Assembly (NCBI RefSeq): GCF_008000775.2
Contig: NZ_CP042905.2
Location: forward strand, 1,800,001 to 1,832,000
Reading direction: 5' to 3'
Source of the DNA: Promethearchaeum syntrophicum
GTDB lineage: Archaea > Asgardarchaeota > Lokiarchaeia > Sigyniarchaeales > Promethearchaeaceae
DNA length: 32,000 bases
Shown here in pieces: positions 9,456-19,405 of the stretch (its first letter is position 1; every line of letters begins with the position of its first letter). A program made the position numbers and the translations under genes. The notes under the pieces are model-generated. The model ran no database searches. It saw only the letters and a program-made list of their open reading frames with translations, and was not told the DNA's origin.

Positions 9456-9803
9456 ATGATAGAATTTTTTCAAGAGATCCTGATATCATTAAAAAAAATT
9501 AAAGGTATTCATGGAAGTGCAATAATTGAAAGGTACGGGGGTATAATTAGTTCAACATTACCTGGTTGGGTAAACCAAGAATTAATTGCAGCGTTGGCTA
9601 CTCATATCTTGAAAATTAGCGAAAAATCCGCTTCTGAATTAAATTTAGGGACTTTTTTGGATGCAATTATTGAGAATGAAAGAGGAAAATTACTCTTTTA
9701 TGCCATAGGTGATAAAATCGTTAGTGTTATCACAACTCATGATGCAAAATTGGGGATTTTAGATATGAAACTCAGGGCTGCTTTAGAAAAATTGAAATTT
9801 TAA
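9456..9803 (+). CDS. Roadblock/LC7 (MglB-like) domain protein
   Basis: 115 aa. IKGIHGSAIIERYGGIISSTLP...LLFYAIGDKIVSVITT follows the Roadblock/LC7 alpha-beta-alpha pattern. Confidence 0.7.
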   Translation: MIEFFQEILISLKKIKGIHGSAIIERYGGIISSTLPGWVNQELIAALATHILKISEKSASELNLGTFLDAIIENERGKLLFYAIGDKIVSVITTHDAKLGILDMKLRAALEKLKF

Positions 9804-9943
9804 AAAAGCTACTTGTAGAAAATTCGCTATAATCCTCAACAATTGAAACGATACTTATAATGCTAATTTTTCAGATTTAATATTTTGATTTAATTTTTAG
9901 GAGAAAAATTAACCTTTTTGACAAAAAAGTAAAGCTTATAATT

Positions 9944-10714
9944 TCATTTTTTCCAAATGCGATAAAATAAATCATCTTTTTTTGGCATTAACATTGAATC
10001 TTGTGGTATTGGATCATTTGTAAATTCAACAGGACAATTTTCAATAAGAACACAAGGTGTTTGTTCATCACATTCGCCCATAACGACATGTGCCGTATCA
10101 GATAATTGATCAGCTATTGCGCGAGTGGTCCATTTCATTTCATGTCCGAATAGATCCTTTCTTCCTCGACAATCTATTATCGGATGAAACCCATCAATTC
10201 CAATTGCAACTCCAACAACTCCCTTTCTTATGGGTTGAACACGAGAATCTGAAATGATTATTCCAAAATCTGTTAACCCAAATTTTTGTTTGATTTTCTG
10301 AACTAGATCACGCGCAGAGCCAAAAGGGTTCCTGGGCCAAAGTGAAACCTTTCCTTCTATACCGGAATTTGATTCGTCTATACCGCCATTAGCAATCAAA
10401 ATACCATTTTTTTCAGTAAAGAGCATTCCTGGAATACCCCCAACAATTTCATCTGATTCTTCTAAAACCAACTGAGCAAATTTTGGATCAATTTGATATT
10501 TTAAGGCAAGTTCTTCTGCTTTTTCCGAAATATTTTTCACAGATTCGATGTCAATTATTCTATTTTCAGAGGTACCCACCAATGTTTCTGCAATAACTAT
10601 AACTGATCGTTCCGTTAATTCTATTTTATTATAATCCAAAGTTTCACAGATTACTTCAAACAGATTTTCATTATTTTTAATGATATGAGAAGTTTTTAGG
10701 GCCGTAACTTTCAT
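9944..10714 (-). CDS. CofE-like (F420-0:gamma-glutamyl ligase family) protein
   Basis: VIVIAETLVGTSENR, IANGGIDESNSG, SLWPRNPFGSARDL and GIIISDSRVQPIRKGVVGVAIGIDG match the CofE-family layout as I recall it. The start overlaps the upstream DHPS stop as ATGA (10711-10714). Confidence 0.65.
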   Translation of the reverse strand: MKVTALKTSHIIKNNENLFEVICETLDYNKIELTERSVIVIAETLVGTSENRIIDIESVKNISEKAEELALKYQIDPKFAQLVLEESDEIVGGIPGMLFTEKNGILIANGGIDESNSGIEGKVSLWPRNPFGSARDLVQKIKQKFGLTDFGIIISDSRVQPIRKGVVGVAIGIDGFHPIIDCRGRKDLFGHEMKWTTRAIADQLSDTAHVVMGECDEQTPCVLIENCPVEFTNDPIPQDSMLMPKKDDLFYRIWKK

Positions 10715-12048
10715 TTGCTATAACCTTCAAATGTTTTTGAATACCTTATTTTAGCTTCCTTTTCTTTTTTTAGAGTATTTTCAATTAAGGATGCAATAAT
10801 ATCTAATTTTAGATGTTGACCTTTTAGTTTTTTTATCAAGCTTTTAAATTGACCAATCGTCCCTATTAACACAACATCAAAGATTTCCTCGGTTTTCTTC
10901 CATTCAGTTGAGATTACTTGACTGTGGGTAGCAGCATCTCCTCCTCTTGAAAGGAGTTCTTGTTTTAAAATCAAAGCTGCAGGAGCTGTGATATTATGTA
11001 GAACAATTAACTTATTGATCATTTTTTGGTTCATAATTTTTGAACCACCAGGAAAGACGCCATATGATCTTAAAAAGTAATCAGCACCAAGAGGATTTGT
11101 AAAAGGATCAATGATTTCACAAATATGACTATCAGCTTTTGAGATTATCGGTTTCTTTCGAATTGATGTTGCAACTTTAATTGTTTGTTTAACCTTTTGA
11201 TCAACATCATGTGTGCGAATAATATGGGCTCCATTATATACGGCAATCGAAGTTGCAGCTAAACTCCCTATTTCTCTTTTATCTGTGTCAGATTCATCAA
11301 GAATAGAACCAATGAAGGATTTTCTTGATAATCCAATAAGAATCGGATTTCTAAAACAACGAAAACTTTCGATCGAATCAAGTATCGCGAGATCATATTC
11401 GTAGGTCTTTTCAGAAATCCATTTACCTATCCCGGGGTCAACAATTACTTTACTTGTATCATATCCCTTATCTCGAAGTTGAGTTATGGTAGCGTGTAAA
11501 GCCTTTAGAATTTCATCAATAGATTTTCTGTCTCCCGGTTTATTTTCTGTAGCCATTAGTACAATTGGGCATCCATATTCACATATAATATCAATCATTT
11601 TTGGATCTGTTTTAAACGAGCTTATATCGTTGATAATAGATCTAATCTCATTTTTTTTAGCAAATTCTAATCCCAATTTCGCAATTTCTGCATATTGAGT
11701 ATCAAATGAAAGAATAATATCTTTAGGAAAGTGCTTTGATAACAGATTTAGTGCATTTAATATGCGTTTTTTCTCTTCTTCAACAGAAATTACATCTGAC
11801 CAAGGAGCAGTAGATCTTGCCCCTATATCGATGATAGATGCTCCATTTTTAATAAAATTCTTGAGCTTCTCAATTAAACTATCATTTGGAACAAAGGAAT
11901 TTTTATGGAAACTTTCTGGGCTTAAATTAATTACACCCATAATTCTAACTGGATTAAAATCACCAATTGAGTAACCCGGAAATAATTCATTATTGATAAT
12001 CCCCATTAATCTGAAATAATGTTTCCAATTATTTATATTTTGAAACAA
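10711..12048 (-). CDS. folP: dihydropteroate synthase family (pterin-binding) protein with ~140-aa C-terminal extra domain
   Basis: Pterin-binding motifs GVINLSPESF, DIGARSTAP, SFDT, DPGIGK, GLSRKSFIG and IRTHDV. Residues ~300-445 lie beyond the TIM-barrel core. Whether it serves the folate or the methanopterin branch cannot be decided from sequence. Confidence 0.8.
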   Translation of the reverse strand: MFQNINNWKHYFRLMGIINNELFPGYSIGDFNPVRIMGVINLSPESFHKNSFVPNDSLIEKLKNFIKNGASIIDIGARSTAPWSDVISVEEEKKRILNALNLLSKHFPKDIILSFDTQYAEIAKLGLEFAKKNEIRSIINDISSFKTDPKMIDIICEYGCPIVLMATENKPGDRKSIDEILKALHATITQLRDKGYDTSKVIVDPGIGKWISEKTYEYDLAILDSIESFRCFRNPILIGLSRKSFIGSILDESDTDKREIGSLAATSIAVYNGAHIIRTHDVDQKVKQTIKVATSIRKKPIISKADSHICEIIDPFTNPLGADYFLRSYGVFPGGSKIMNQKMINKLIVLHNITAPAALILKQELLSRGGDAATHSQVISTEWKKTEEIFDVVLIGTIGQFKSLIKKLKGQHLKLDIIASLIENTLKKEKEAKIRYSKTFEGYSK

Positions 12049-12295
12049 TATTTCAATTTGATTGAATATTAGAATTTTGGTGATTATATTAGTTTATAAA
12101 AATTTTATGTTGGAATTTTTAATTTGAATTAATGATTTTCATAATTACTATTAGAATTTGCATCTTTTTTATTGAATTTTCTATCGAAATCGATCATATT
12201 TAAAGAGAAATTCTTAATAGAGGTCGAGCATTATATTTCTATGTATAAACAAAAAAAAATCCACCCTTTTGCGCTATTTTCAATTATTTTTATTA

Positions 12296-14533
12296 ATGGA
12301 TGATGAATATATGAGTTCAAAAAAGATTCAGCTTAAAATTAAAGGAGATTTAAATAATAAAAATAAAACCGAAACAAAAGATAAAAATGATTCAGCGGAA
12401 AATATTGTTGTTCAAGAAGGATTAGAAGAAAGTAATAAAAATACTCCTTCCCAAAATGAAGAAATAACTCCAAAAGCAATAAATAAGAATGAATTCCAAC
12501 AAAAAACATCAAAACCTGAATCCAAAATAAAAAAAGATTATAATGCAGAAAACATCGTTGTTTTAGAAGGATTAGAAGGGATTAGAAAACGACCTTCCAT
12601 GTACATCGGCTCTCAAGGAAGGCGAGGATTTCACCATCTTGCTTTTGAAGTAATTGATAATTCAATTGATGAAGTGATTGGAGGATTTTGTTCGAAAATC
12701 CAAGTTATTCTTGAAGCAGATAATTCATGTACCATTAGAGATAACGGTCGTGGTATACCAGTTTCAAAGCATCCTAAGAAGGGAGTTTCTTCCTTAGAAA
12801 TTGTTTTTACATCTCTTCATTCAGGTGGAAAATTTGATAAAAAATCCTACGCGGTGTCCGGAGGACTTCATGGGGTTGGTCTGGCAGTAGTTAATGCTTG
12901 TTCGGAATGGTCTACGGCAAAAGTCAGAAGAAATGGAAAACTATACAAGATAAAAATGGCTCGAGGTCATATTATCGACCATTTATCTGAAAGAGAGACA
13001 GATAGAGCATTGGATGATACAGGTACCGAGATTCAATTTTTACCAGATAAGGAAATATTTACTGGAATGGAAGAAGAACAATATCTGTTTGATTATGATT
13101 ATTTAGCAGGAAGATTAAGAGATCTTGCTTATTTAAATCCAATTGAGATCGAAATTATTGACAGAAGAGCGGAGAAAGAAAAAAGTGAAATTTTCAAGTA
13201 TGAAGATGGATTAGCTGATTTCGTCAATTATCTGAATAAAGCCAAGAAGACACTGCATGAAAATATTGTCCATTTTAAAAAAAAGAGCAATGGGATTATT
13301 GTTGAATTATCTTTTCAATATAATGAATCATATAATGAAATTGTTCAGTCATTCGTAAATAATATAAACACTATCGAAGGGGGTACCCATTTAACAGGAT
13401 TTAAATCTGCCCTTTCAAGAGTATTCAATAATTACATTAAGGATCACCAGTCACAATTTAAAAATCTAAAAGATAAAACCCTAAAAGGGACGGATGTTAG
13501 AGAAGGGATTGTGGCAATTCTCTCTGTTAGTGTTCCCGAACCCCAATTTGAAGGGCAAACAAAAACAAAATTAGGAAATCCTGAAGTTAAAACCATAGTT
13601 TCCGACATTGTATATGAAGAAGTTTATCATCATTTTGATTCAAATCCAAAGGAAACCAAATCTATAATACATAAATGTATTAGCGCTCAACAAGCACGAC
13701 TTGCTAGTCAAAAAGCTAGAGAACTAACCAGAAGAAAATCTGCTTTGGAAACCTTACGCTTACCTGGGAAATTAGCTGATTGTTCTTCAAAAAAAGCTGA
13801 AGAATGTGAAATTTTTATTGTCGAGGGAGATTCTGCAGGTGGATCTGCAAAACAAGGAAGAAATCGCAGTACTCAAGCAATTTTACCATTACGAGGTAAA
13901 ATTTTGAACGTAGAAAAATCCAGGATCGGAAAAATCCTTGAAAATAAAGAAATTGCAGCAATGATTAAAGCCATCGGTGTTGGGATCGACGAAGGGAAAA
14001 ACAATGGAGATGAAGAGGATGATGATGATGATGAGGAAAGCCAATTCGATATTTCTCAACTTAGGTATCATAAAATAATTATAATGTGTGATGCTGATGT
14101 TGATGGACATCATATCGAGACTTTATTATTAACATTTTTCTTTAGATATATGAGACCTTTAATTGATGAGGGTCATATTTATCTTGCCGTACCGCCAATT
14201 TACAAACTAAATTACAAAAATAAATTTAAATATCTATATATTGCAGATGAAGCCAAACTACTTAATGCCGAATTAGAATCTTTCATGAAAGAACATAAAA
14301 TATCAGATATTTCAAAAATTAAAGTTCAACGATATAAGGGGTTAGGGGAAATGAATCCCGAAGAATTATGGGATACTACAATGGAACCTGAGAACAGGCG
14401 CTTAATCAGAGTTAAATATGATGATTTCACTAACACCGATATTCTCTTTTCAATTCTAATGGGGAGTGAAGTAGCACCACGACGGGAATATATAGTTGAA
14501 AATTATAATAAAGTATTGAATTTGGATATTTAG
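12296..14533 (+). CDS. gyrB: DNA gyrase subunit B
   Basis: GLEGIRKRPSMYIG, EVIDNSIDE and GGLHGVG (GHKL ATPase). EGDSAGGSAKQGR, PLRGKILNVE and DADVDGHHI (Toprim). The ORF is open from TTG 12269; ATGs lie at 12296 and 12311. There is a ~95-aa K/N-rich N-terminal extension. Confidence 0.92.
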   Translation: MDDEYMSSKKIQLKIKGDLNNKNKTETKDKNDSAENIVVQEGLEESNKNTPSQNEEITPKAINKNEFQQKTSKPESKIKKDYNAENIVVLEGLEGIRKRPSMYIGSQGRRGFHHLAFEVIDNSIDEVIGGFCSKIQVILEADNSCTIRDNGRGIPVSKHPKKGVSSLEIVFTSLHSGGKFDKKSYAVSGGLHGVGLAVVNACSEWSTAKVRRNGKLYKIKMARGHIIDHLSERETDRALDDTGTEIQFLPDKEIFTGMEEEQYLFDYDYLAGRLRDLAYLNPIEIEIIDRRAEKEKSEIFKYEDGLADFVNYLNKAKKTLHENIVHFKKKSNGIIVELSFQYNESYNEIVQSFVNNINTIEGGTHLTGFKSALSRVFNNYIKDHQSQFKNLKDKTLKGTDVREGIVAILSVSVPEPQFEGQTKTKLGNPEVKTIVSDIVYEEVYHHFDSNPKETKSIIHKCISAQQARLASQKARELTRRKSALETLRLPGKLADCSSKKAEECEIFIVEGDSAGGSAKQGRNRSTQAILPLRGKILNVEKSRIGKILENKEIAAMIKAIGVGIDEGKNNGDEEDDDDDEESQFDISQLRYHKIIIMCDADVDGHHIETLLLTFFFRYMRPLIDEGHIYLAVPPIYKLNYKNKFKYLYIADEAKLLNAELESFMKEHKISDISKIKVQRYKGLGEMNPEELWDTTMEPENRRLIRVKYDDFTNTDILFSILMGSEVAPRREYIVENYNKVLNLDI

Positions 14534-14540
14534 GATTAAA

Positions 14541-17036
14541 ATGTCAAATACAAATGAATCTGAGACTGGTTCAACTCCAGTACTATCACAAATAATTGAG
14601 CGGGAATTAAGAACGGAACTTTCTCGTTCATATCTCGATTATTCTATGTCTGTTATAGTTGGAAGAGCTATTCCTGATGTTAGAGATGGTTGCAAACCAG
14701 TTCAACGCAGAATATTGTATTCTATGGCTCAGAATAATTTTTATCACAACCGACCTCATTTCAAATGTGCCCGTATCGTTGGAGATTGTATGGGAAAGTA
14801 TCATCCTCATGGAGATCAATCAGTTTATGCTGCACTAGTTAGATTAGCACAAGAATTTTCTGTGCGATATATGTTAATTGATAAACAAGGTAATTTTGGC
14901 TCAGTAGATGGAGATGCTGCTGCTGCAATGCGTTATACCGAAGCTCGATTAGCTCAAATATCTGAACTATTATTAGAAGAACTGGATAAAGACACCGTAG
15001 ATTTTCAAGATAATTTTGATGGTTCACTCAAAGAACCAGTCTATTTACCTGCAAAACTTCCGTTATTATTAATGAACGGAGCGTCCGGAATAGCGGTGGG
15101 AATGTCAACAACTATTGCTCCCCACAATCTAAACGAAATTAATGATGCAATTTGCGCAGCCATTGATATGGGTGTTGATAAGTTCGATGGAAATGAAGTT
15201 GAGAAATTTATTAAAGGTCCTGATTTTCCAACTGGTGGCATTATTATGGGTAAGCAAGGAATCAAAGACGCAATTCATACAGGTCGGGGTTCCATTGTTT
15301 TACGAGGAAAATGCGAGATAATTCCTAATGGCACTGGAAAAAACCGTGATTCAATCATTGTAACCGAAATTCCATATGTTGTAAATAAATCGAGTTTAAT
15401 TCAAAAAATTGCATTATTAGTTAATAATAAAGTAATTCCAGAAATATCTGATGTTCGGGATGAATCAGATCGCAAGGGTATGAGAATTGTAATAGAACTT
15501 AAGAAAAATTCTGATGCCAATGCTTGTTTGAATCGATTATACCATAAAACTCAACTTCAAAACACTTTTAATATCCTTAATTTGGCTCTAATAAATAACG
15601 GTAGACAGCCAAAAGTGCTAAATTACGCAGAAATCATTAAAGAATTTATAACTCACCGTGAGGAAGTAATAAAACGGAGAACTATTTTTAATTTGAAAAA
15701 AGCAGAACGAAGAATGCACATCATCGAAGGGTTACTAATTGCAATTGATAATATCGATGCTATTGTTCAGCTCATAAAAAAAAGTGCAGATGCTAAGGAT
15801 GCAGCCCAAGTCTTAATGAAAAACTATTCCCTCACAGATTTACAAGTCACAGAAATTCTGAAAATGCCTCTTAGTCGTTTAACTAATTTACAAAATAAAA
15901 AATTGATTGATGAAAAAAGTGTTCTTGTAAAGACCATCAAAGAGTTAAAAGCCATTCTTGCAGATCGCAATAAAATTTTAAATATAATCAAAACGGAATC
16001 CAAAGAAAATTCAAAGAGATATGGGGATGAACGAAGGACAGAAATTCAAGAAATGGAAGAAGAATTGAAAATTACTTACAAAGAAACTGTCCCTGAAGAA
16101 CAATGTGTTATTGTAATCACTCAAGATCAAAAAGTTAAACGAATGACTCTTGAACAATATCAAGCTCAAGGAAGAGGTGGAAAAGGAAAGCGGGGTATGA
16201 AAATGAGAGAAGAAGATGTTATCGTAGATATGTTTATTGCTTCAAGTCATGATACTATTTTGCTTTTTACTCAACAAGGAAGGGTCTATTCTGTTCCAGC
16301 TTTCAAATTTCCTTTAGCTTCCAGAAATGCACAAGGTAAGGCTCTTGTAAATTATGTAAATCTCCGGCCTGGTGAAAAAATAATTGATATTGTTAGTATT
16401 GAAAACTTTTCAGATGTAAAGACAAGTTTAGTTTTTGTTTCCGCTAAGGGTATAGCAAAAAAAACAAATTTAAATGCATTTTCTAAAATTCGACAGACCG
16501 GAATTAAATGCATCACAATTCGTGAAGATGATCAACTTGTTCGTGTAAAATTATGTAACCCGAAAGAAGAAGTTCTAATTGCAACAAAAAATGGTTTTGC
16601 TATTCGTTTCAAAGAAAATGAACTCAGATCATCTGGAAGAACTGCCATGGGTGTTAAAGGAATTACTTTACGCGGAGATGATAAAGTAGTTGATGCAGTT
16701 ATTCATGATCCAGATACTTCAATAATCACTATTACTAAAAAAGGGTATGGGAAACATACTAAATTGAAACTCTATCGTTTGACTCATCGAGGAGGTAAAG
16801 GTGTAATAAATATTAAATTACGGTCTGAAAAAGATGAGGTTATCGCTGTTAAAGCCGTTCCTTCCGAAAAAAATCTCTTACTCGCGAGTGAAATGGGTTT
16901 ATTAATCCGAATTCGCACTGAAGATATTCGAGAAACTGGAAGAGCTACAATGGGTGTAATTATAATGAGGTTTAGTGCTGACGAAGATGAAATCTCTTCA
17001 GTTGCCCTTTGTAATATAGAAGAAGAGTTATGTTAG
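14541..17036 (+). CDS. gyrA: DNA gyrase subunit A
   Basis: Active-site Tyr context AAAMRYTEARL, plus GKYHPHGD. The GyrA-box QAQGRGGKGKRG in the C-terminal domain is the gyrase hallmark that distinguishes it from topo IV. The start lies 7 nt after the gyrB stop. Confidence 0.93.
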   Translation: MSNTNESETGSTPVLSQIIERELRTELSRSYLDYSMSVIVGRAIPDVRDGCKPVQRRILYSMAQNNFYHNRPHFKCARIVGDCMGKYHPHGDQSVYAALVRLAQEFSVRYMLIDKQGNFGSVDGDAAAAMRYTEARLAQISELLLEELDKDTVDFQDNFDGSLKEPVYLPAKLPLLLMNGASGIAVGMSTTIAPHNLNEINDAICAAIDMGVDKFDGNEVEKFIKGPDFPTGGIIMGKQGIKDAIHTGRGSIVLRGKCEIIPNGTGKNRDSIIVTEIPYVVNKSSLIQKIALLVNNKVIPEISDVRDESDRKGMRIVIELKKNSDANACLNRLYHKTQLQNTFNILNLALINNGRQPKVLNYAEIIKEFITHREEVIKRRTIFNLKKAERRMHIIEGLLIAIDNIDAIVQLIKKSADAKDAAQVLMKNYSLTDLQVTEILKMPLSRLTNLQNKKLIDEKSVLVKTIKELKAILADRNKILNIIKTESKENSKRYGDERRTEIQEMEEELKITYKETVPEEQCVIVITQDQKVKRMTLEQYQAQGRGGKGKRGMKMREEDVIVDMFIASSHDTILLFTQQGRVYSVPAFKFPLASRNAQGKALVNYVNLRPGEKIIDIVSIENFSDVKTSLVFVSAKGIAKKTNLNAFSKIRQTGIKCITIREDDQLVRVKLCNPKEEVLIATKNGFAIRFKENELRSSGRTAMGVKGITLRGDDKVVDAVIHDPDTSIITITKKGYGKHTKLKLYRLTHRGGKGVINIKLRSEKDEVIAVKAVPSEKNLLLASEMGLLIRIRTEDIRETGRATMGVIIMRFSADEDEISSVALCNIEEELC

Positions 17037-17048
17037 TTTTTTATTTTT
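17037..17048 (+). terminator. oligo-T tract after gyrA
   Basis: TTTTTTATTTTT immediately follows the gyrA TAG stop. The intergenic gap to the convergent gene is only 16 nt. Confidence 0.3.
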
Positions 17049-17052
17049 CATG

Positions 17053-17679
17053 TTAAGGTGGTAATACCATTAGTAGCCAACTAATGAGTATTAACAATCC
17101 GATAAGAAAGATAATTGGAAAAAAAATATATTCCTTCCAATCATAATCTTTTGCATATTCTTCAATATCTTTTGTTGTAAATCCTACTTCAGATTTAATG
17201 CTTCTTAGGACCTCTTCAAATTGAGTAAAAAGATATTTTCGCCAATCTACATAAATAAATTTAATGTAATACACAAAAAACGCTGTTATTAAAATATTTA
17301 ATAGAATTTTAATAAAAATGGGTATTTCTAGTGAAGAATATTCAATAATAGATAGAAATATGGAGGATATAACGATAAATAAGGGTAATAATATTTTTTT
17401 CTTAGGGAATTTCTTCTTTTTTATGAAATCCATTTTTTCATGAGCGAAATTGAAAGCTACATATTTGGTTGTCTCTTTGATGTCTTTATCGTACATTGAA
17501 ATTCTCAAATTATTTGTTTCTTTTTGAAATCCCCAGAAAATATCAATCAGCTCAGATTCATCACGAGTATCAATTACAGCATTCTTAGGTTGTTCGTTTA
17601 GGATGTCATCTAAACCTAATTTATAGTAGACATCCAGTAAAATTTCTTCAGATTTTTCAATAGGGAATTTTTCGCTCAA
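17053..17679 (-). CDS. hypothetical membrane protein (about 3 TM helices)
   Basis: TTG start with a strong GGAGGAG 5 nt upstream. Hydrophobic segments are LLPLFIVISSIFLSII, IFIKILLNILITAFFVYYI and FFPIIFLIGLLILISWLLMVL. Confidence 0.6.
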   Translation of the reverse strand: MSEKFPIEKSEEILLDVYYKLGLDDILNEQPKNAVIDTRDESELIDIFWGFQKETNNLRISMYDKDIKETTKYVAFNFAHEKMDFIKKKKFPKKKILLPLFIVISSIFLSIIEYSSLEIPIFIKILLNILITAFFVYYIKFIYVDWRKYLFTQFEEVLRSIKSEVGFTTKDIEEYAKDYDWKEYIFFPIIFLIGLLILISWLLMVLPP

Positions 17680-17882
17680 AACTTCTCCTCCAAAGAGTCA
17701 AAGAAATATATTAAGTAAACTTTTATAAATTTTTAGACTTTATTGTTAAAAACGCCATCTAACATTCGCGATCCTAATTTAAATAATATATTTCAAAAGA
17801 ATTATAAAATGATAAGTAGAAATGATATACATTACTCACTTTTTGATATCAAGATCTATAAATATATTTGGTGAATAGTTAA

Positions 17883-19274
17883 TTGGATGAAAAAACAAAA
17901 AATGGATTGGATCAAAAAAGTGTGATTAAACCAACCGATACATTCCCTGATAATAATATAGTGTATAGAGTTGCGCATTTTATTCAAAAATATAGAGTTA
18001 ATAGATTTTTCCAATATGTTCCCTTCACAATTTTTAGAGCTCTCTCTGTTCCAATTGGTTTTCAGCATGCAGTTAATGGCCATTCTCAATTATCGAAGAC
18101 ATGGAAATTCCTATACCCTCCAAAATTCTTAGAGAAAATTAATTTAAAAAGATGGACAAATTCCTTTATTCGGTACAATATTCAACTGTATTTTGATCAG
18201 GCTTTATATTTATCACTTAGAAATTCAAAAAATAAAGATTTTTTCCATCCTGTAGTTGGTTTAAACCACCTTGAAAAAGCGATTCGCCAAAAAAAGGGGG
18301 TACTAATACCCTTAATTCATTTGGGGGAATATCTCCACCCTTTATATACGCTTTTCCATCGCAATGTAAACGTGGCTGAGAATTCCCAAAAAATTTTTGT
18401 TGCTGCGTTATCCTCGAAAGAGAACGAATTCCTTTTTAGAGAAGAAATTAAGAAAATTGATAATCTTTCAGCAATTATTACAACGGATTTTAAATCTGTG
18501 CAAAAAACAGTTCAATTTTACTTAAAAAAAAATTATTGTGTATTTCTTGCTCAAGATTACTACGCTAAGAAACAATTAAGAGTGCCCTTTCTCTACAATT
18601 CAAAATTCTACAATTTTCTCACACCTTGTCCTCAGATGTTAACAAATCTCCATCTAAATTTAGGATGTCCTATTATTCCAGTAACTACATACCCAAGACA
18701 GAATTTGAAATTCTCCGTTGTAAAATTCCTACCTGAAATTAATCCTATGACTGTGGATATTTCCAATGAAGATCAAACACTTCAAAAAGAAATCATGAAA
18801 TTTCGGGATGGAACTCTTACCAAAAAGCAAAAATATGGTTTATTATCTCTCTTAATTAATAGAAAGCTGAATTATTATTTATTACAGTACCCCTATTTAT
18901 GGCAAGGAGCATTTCTATTCTTCGATAGAACCCAGTTAAGAATTAAGTTTAAAAATGTAAAGTCTTACATTCAAATGTTGAAAATTAGTATTTCAAAATT
19001 AGTATTATTTATCCAAAATTCATATGAACCTGGTAGAAAAGATGAAGTTATTTTAAATACTTTAAAAACCTTTATTGCTGATTTAGAGGAGATTAAAGAG
19101 GATCCAAGAGACATCGTCACTTTAAAAAATAGTTATATTGAAATTAGTTGCCTTAATGGGAAAAAAGTATTTAATAAAGTTGTTAAAATTCTATTAACCT
19201 ATCAAAATTCCCATATTAAGCAAAACCACAGTTTCATTTCTCCGAGATTAAAATCCCTACTAAAGCTATTTTAA
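17883..19274 (+). CDS. LpxL/HtrB-like lysophospholipid acyltransferase family protein with C-terminal extension
   Basis: TTG start with GGTGA 8 nt upstream. KKGVLIPLIHLGEYLHP corresponds to G(V)xxxxxHxGNWE. YLKKNYCVFLAQDYYAKKQLRVPF corresponds to ALKKGExVxxxxDQD...xFxPFF. LQYPYLWQ corresponds to PEQYLWxHRR. These comparisons are from my memory of E. coli LpxL. Confidence 0.5.
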   Translation: MDEKTKNGLDQKSVIKPTDTFPDNNIVYRVAHFIQKYRVNRFFQYVPFTIFRALSVPIGFQHAVNGHSQLSKTWKFLYPPKFLEKINLKRWTNSFIRYNIQLYFDQALYLSLRNSKNKDFFHPVVGLNHLEKAIRQKKGVLIPLIHLGEYLHPLYTLFHRNVNVAENSQKIFVAALSSKENEFLFREEIKKIDNLSAIITTDFKSVQKTVQFYLKKNYCVFLAQDYYAKKQLRVPFLYNSKFYNFLTPCPQMLTNLHLNLGCPIIPVTTYPRQNLKFSVVKFLPEINPMTVDISNEDQTLQKEIMKFRDGTLTKKQKYGLLSLLINRKLNYYLLQYPYLWQGAFLFFDRTQLRIKFKNVKSYIQMLKISISKLVLFIQNSYEPGRKDEVILNTLKTFIADLEEIKEDPRDIVTLKNSYIEISCLNGKKVFNKVVKILLTYQNSHIKQNHSFISPRLKSLLKLF

Positions 19275-19405
19275 AAGATCTTCCATAACAATAACCCTTC
19301 TATACAATAATTTTCTGAATGCGATCCAATTCTTTTGACCAACAAAAAAAAGACTATTAAGTAAATAAGATAAATATGATAGTATACGTTTAGAAGGAAA
19401 TTACA

